From Piromyces finnis finn (taxonomy: Eukaryota > Fungi > Neocallimastigomycota), in assembly GCA_002104945.1 (NCBI GenBank), contig MCFH01000074.1:124001-188000 (forward strand): a stretch of DNA of 64,000 nt. The letters run 5' to 3'. A program made the position numbers and the translations under genes. The notes below the pieces were generated by a model that was not told the DNA's origin, ran no database searches, and saw only the letters and a list, made by a program, of their open reading frames with translations. Of the stretch, positions 60,994-64,000 are shown piece by piece (position 1 is the first letter of the stretch; each line of letters opens with the position of its first letter).

Positions 60994-61055
60994 AAAGGTG
61001 TGGTACAATGGTCGAGTAGTTGGCAATGAACTAGAAGGTTGTGGGTTCGAAGTCG
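60994..61055 (+). promoter_or_regulatory. tRNA-derived A-box/B-box (Pol III type 2 promoter-like); not a foldable tRNA
   Basis: TGGTACAATGG at 61001-61011 and AGAAGGTTGTGGGTTCGAAGTC at 61033-61054, with tRNA-like spacing (45 nt from the T8 equivalent to the T54 equivalent). Acceptor and T stems do not pair. Confidence 0.6.
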
Positions 61056-61305
61056 GGGTTGGTAGAGTAACTTTGATGTAAGGCGGGTTGGCGCCAAGAC
61101 TAAAGTATGTCCAACAAGTACTAGAGGTTTCATAGGCAAGGTTCCAATATGGCCGTTTGATAGTACTTGTTCTTGGTAGCTTGTAAGTCCAGTAAATCCC
61201 TATGGGAGCTTCGCCAAAACGGTATCGGTTAAGTTTATTCTAAAAATTAATATTCCCTCATTTGTGTCTAAAAATTAATGAAAATTAGTTAATTTTATTA
61301 TTATT

Positions 61306-61335
<30 letters not shown>

Positions 61336-61340
<5 letters not shown>

Positions 61341-64000
61341 GGGTCTTGTTGAATTCTCTTAGCTTTGCTGGACAGTTCAGATTTTCTTCGGGTTCCCATG
61401 AGGCTTCTGAAATAGGATATCCTTTCCATTTGATCAAGTACTGAGTTTTGTTATAGCGTCTTCTTTTGTCCAGAATTTCTTCTACTTCGTATTCCTCCTC
61501 TTCGTTTATAATGACAGGTGGTGGAGGTTGAACTTTTCGGTTTGTACTTTTCCCTTCGAAGTAAGGCTCGAGAGATGATTTATGGAATACCGGATCAATC
61601 TTCATGTTACCAGGGAGTTTCAATTTGAATGAGACTTCTGATATTTGTTGTTCAATTTCATAGGGACCGAGTTTCCGAGGGGTGAATTTTTTATTTCCCT
61701 TAACTAAATTATTATTGATTAACCATACCTTTTCTCCTGGTTTGAATGACGGGCCTGGTTGTCTATGTCTATTGGCGAAATGTTCTTGTTTCTTTTGGGC
61801 TTCCGAAAGGTTTTTCTTGAGGGTGCTGATAATTTCTTTTAATTCTTTTGTGTATTCTTCAGCTCTTGGAACTTCACTTGTTGTTGGAATTGTTGGATTA
61901 AAATTAGGATGGAAACCATAGTTCAAGAAGAAGGGTGTTTGTTTTGCAGATTCTTGAACTGAATTATTGTAACTAAATTCAGCTAGGCTTAAGTATTCGA
62001 TCCAGTTAGTGCCTTTGTAATTTGAGAAGCAGCGTAGATATTGTTCTACAACGGAGTTCACTCTCTCCGTCTGGCCATTGGATTGGTGGTGATAAGCAGA
62101 AGAGTATTTCAAATCAATCTTGAGGGTAGCAAAGAATTTCTTCCAAAACTTTGAAGTGAACTGAGAACCTTGGTCGAGAACAATGTCGGAGGGGCATCCA
62201 TGAAGTTTGAAGACGTTGTTAATGAAAGCTTCGGCAGCACGTTCAGCAGTGGGAACTTTTTCAAGAGGGATAAAGTGAGCCATTTTTGTCAATCGATCAA
62301 TGACAACGAAGATACAGGTAAATCCACGAGAAGAGGGGAGGTCAGTGATAAAATCCATAGCAATGGAAGACCAGGGACGTTCACCTAAAGGAAGAGTGGA
62401 TAATAACCCGTAAGGTTTATGTCTAGAGGATTTCGAACGACAGCAGACCTCACAAGAACGGACATAGTCCTTAACATCCTGATACATTTTGGGCCACCAG
62501 TAGTTACGGGAAATCAAGGATAAAGTTTTTGAAATACCAAAATGGCCGGCAGCAGGGGAGTCATGACAAGAAGACAGAATTTCAACTCGGCAATCATTAG
62601 GAACATAGATTTTATCTTGGAAAAGGAGGACGTTGTTACTAAGTTTGTAGTCAGAAGAACAATTATCATTGAGAAGTTGATTAGAAGTCTCAATGAAGAA
62701 TTTGTCAAGTTTACAAGAGAGAGCAATTTTTTCAAGAAGAGAAGAAGGAGTGGATGAAGCAAAGCAGGAGCTGAAATTTTCGGGACGAAAGACAGAGTTA
62801 TTAGAATCGGAATTGCAAGAGTGATCAAGATAATCAGGTCTTCTTGACAAGGCATCGGTTTTCCCGTTCGAGGAACCAGGGCGATATTCAATGACAAAAT
62901 CGAATTCAGCAAGGAAAAGGGACCATCTAATTAATCTCTGAGTCATCTTCTCCGGTTTCTTCTGAAAAAGGAGGTTTCTGTGGTCTGATATAATTTTGAA
63001 AGGATGATTCGCACCTTTCAAAAAATGTCTCCACACTTCTAAGGACGCGACGATAGCCAAAAGTTCTTTATCATAGATAGGGTAGTTCTTCTCCGGGTTT
63101 GTAAGGGATCTAGAAAAGAACGCAACAGGGTGAAGAATATTGTCGGACTTGTTGACTTGAGACAATACAGCACCTATGGCGAAGTTACTTGCATCGGTTT
63201 CGACAACGAAAGGTAGGTCAACATCAGGATATGCAAGGATAGGCTGACTAATAAAATGCTTAACCAAAGCATCAAAAGCATCTTGAGCGGTATCGTTCCA
63301 AACGAAGGCGGTGTTCTTCTTGCAAAGTTGGTGGAGTGGGTGAGCAATCTTAGCAAAGCCAGGAATAAATCTACGATAATAGTTGGCTAAGCCTAGGAAA
63401 GATTGTAGCTCATGGACCGATTTAGGAGTCGGCCATTCCGCAATGGCTTTCACCTTATTAGGGTCCATTCCGATACCAGAGGCAGAGATTCTATGACCAA
63501 GGAAGTCAAGACAAGGAGAGTCGAATAGACATTTTTCAAGTTTAGCGTACAGTCCGGCTTCTTCGAGTCTACGAAGGACTTCATTGACGTGTTCATGATG
63601 TTCGGCTATATTATCAGAGAAAATGATAATATCGTCAATATACGAAAAGACGAATTTACCGATAATGCCTTCAAGAACGTCGTTAATAAAATGTTGGAAG
63701 ACTGCAGGAGCGTTCTTGAGACCGAAAGGCATTACCAGATATTCGAAATGGCCAAATTGACAGGTGAAGGCGGTCTTATATTCATCGCCTTCTTTGATTC
63801 TTACCAAGTTATAGGCGGATCGAAGATCTAGCTTCGAGAACACCTTAGCTTTTCCTAGATGATCCAACATGTCTTGGATCAATGGGAGAGGGTACGAGTT
63901 CCTAATGGTGATTTCGTTCAAGCGGCGGTAGTCGATACACATACGAAGTTCTCCACTCTTCTTCGGGACAAACAGAACGGGAGCACCAGCTGGCGATTTG
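61336..64000 (-). CDS. pol: pol of element C: RT, RNase H, integrase, canonical chromodomain (5' part outside window)
   Basis: Uninterrupted ORF: [57 protein letters not shown]...[19 protein letters not shown]. Confidence 0.96.

Larger units (their letters stand above)
60529..64000 (-). mobile_element. Ty3/gypsy chromovirus C (3' part), inserted in the RT of element B
   Basis: 3' LTR 60529-60899 (TGTAAT...GTTACA in element sense), PPT AGAGGAGGAGCT 60900-60911, 435-bp 3' UTR, intact pol running off the window. Confidence 0.93.

Noticed and set aside
60994-61070. Functional tRNA gene
   Set aside because: The acceptor and T stems cannot pair and the anticodon loop lacks U33. It is retained only as a tRNA-derived promoter-like sequence.
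58160-63831. Short ORFs overlapping elements B and C (e.g. 58160-58444, 59118-59366, 61682-61921, 62514-62912, 63589-63831)
   Set aside because: Alternate-frame or antisense shadows of pol. No env-like or extra gene is evident.

Overview
This is a very AT-rich, intron-rich eukaryotic window. It most plausibly comes from an anaerobic gut fungus (Neocallimastigomycota). That is an inference from the long A/T homopolymers, short AT-rich introns, a flagellum-associated TEX9 gene and a GlyRS with no mitochondrial presequence. There are three zones. (1) 1-5.1 kb: an apparently intact single-ORF LINE on the minus strand (RRM-like N-terminus, APE, RT, CCHC), missed by the ORF track because it runs off the window edge, with a decayed 3' fragment of a related LINE directly upstream. 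(2) 6.2-37.9 kb: eight spliced host genes (4-TM membrane protein, Rix7/NVL AAA ATPase, Gbp2/Hrb1-like RRM protein, glycyl-tRNA synthetase, Dabb barrel protein, an orphan, TEX9, Rrp47/C1D), microsatellites and a 205-bp element bounded by inverted repeats. (3) 38.9-64 kb: an LTR-retrotransposon island with copia remnants, a decayed gypsy, three solo LTRs with 5-bp TSDs, and three nested chromoviruses (C inside B inside the 3' LTR of A). The most unusual signals are: a tRNA-like Pol III promoter followed by a structured ~300-nt segment, antisense in the 3' UTR of element C; a Tf1-type self-priming PBS in element A; the single-ORF LINE architecture; and a possible readthrough PTS1-like extension of the Dabb gene. 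All exon structures were read by hand and no database searches were run.
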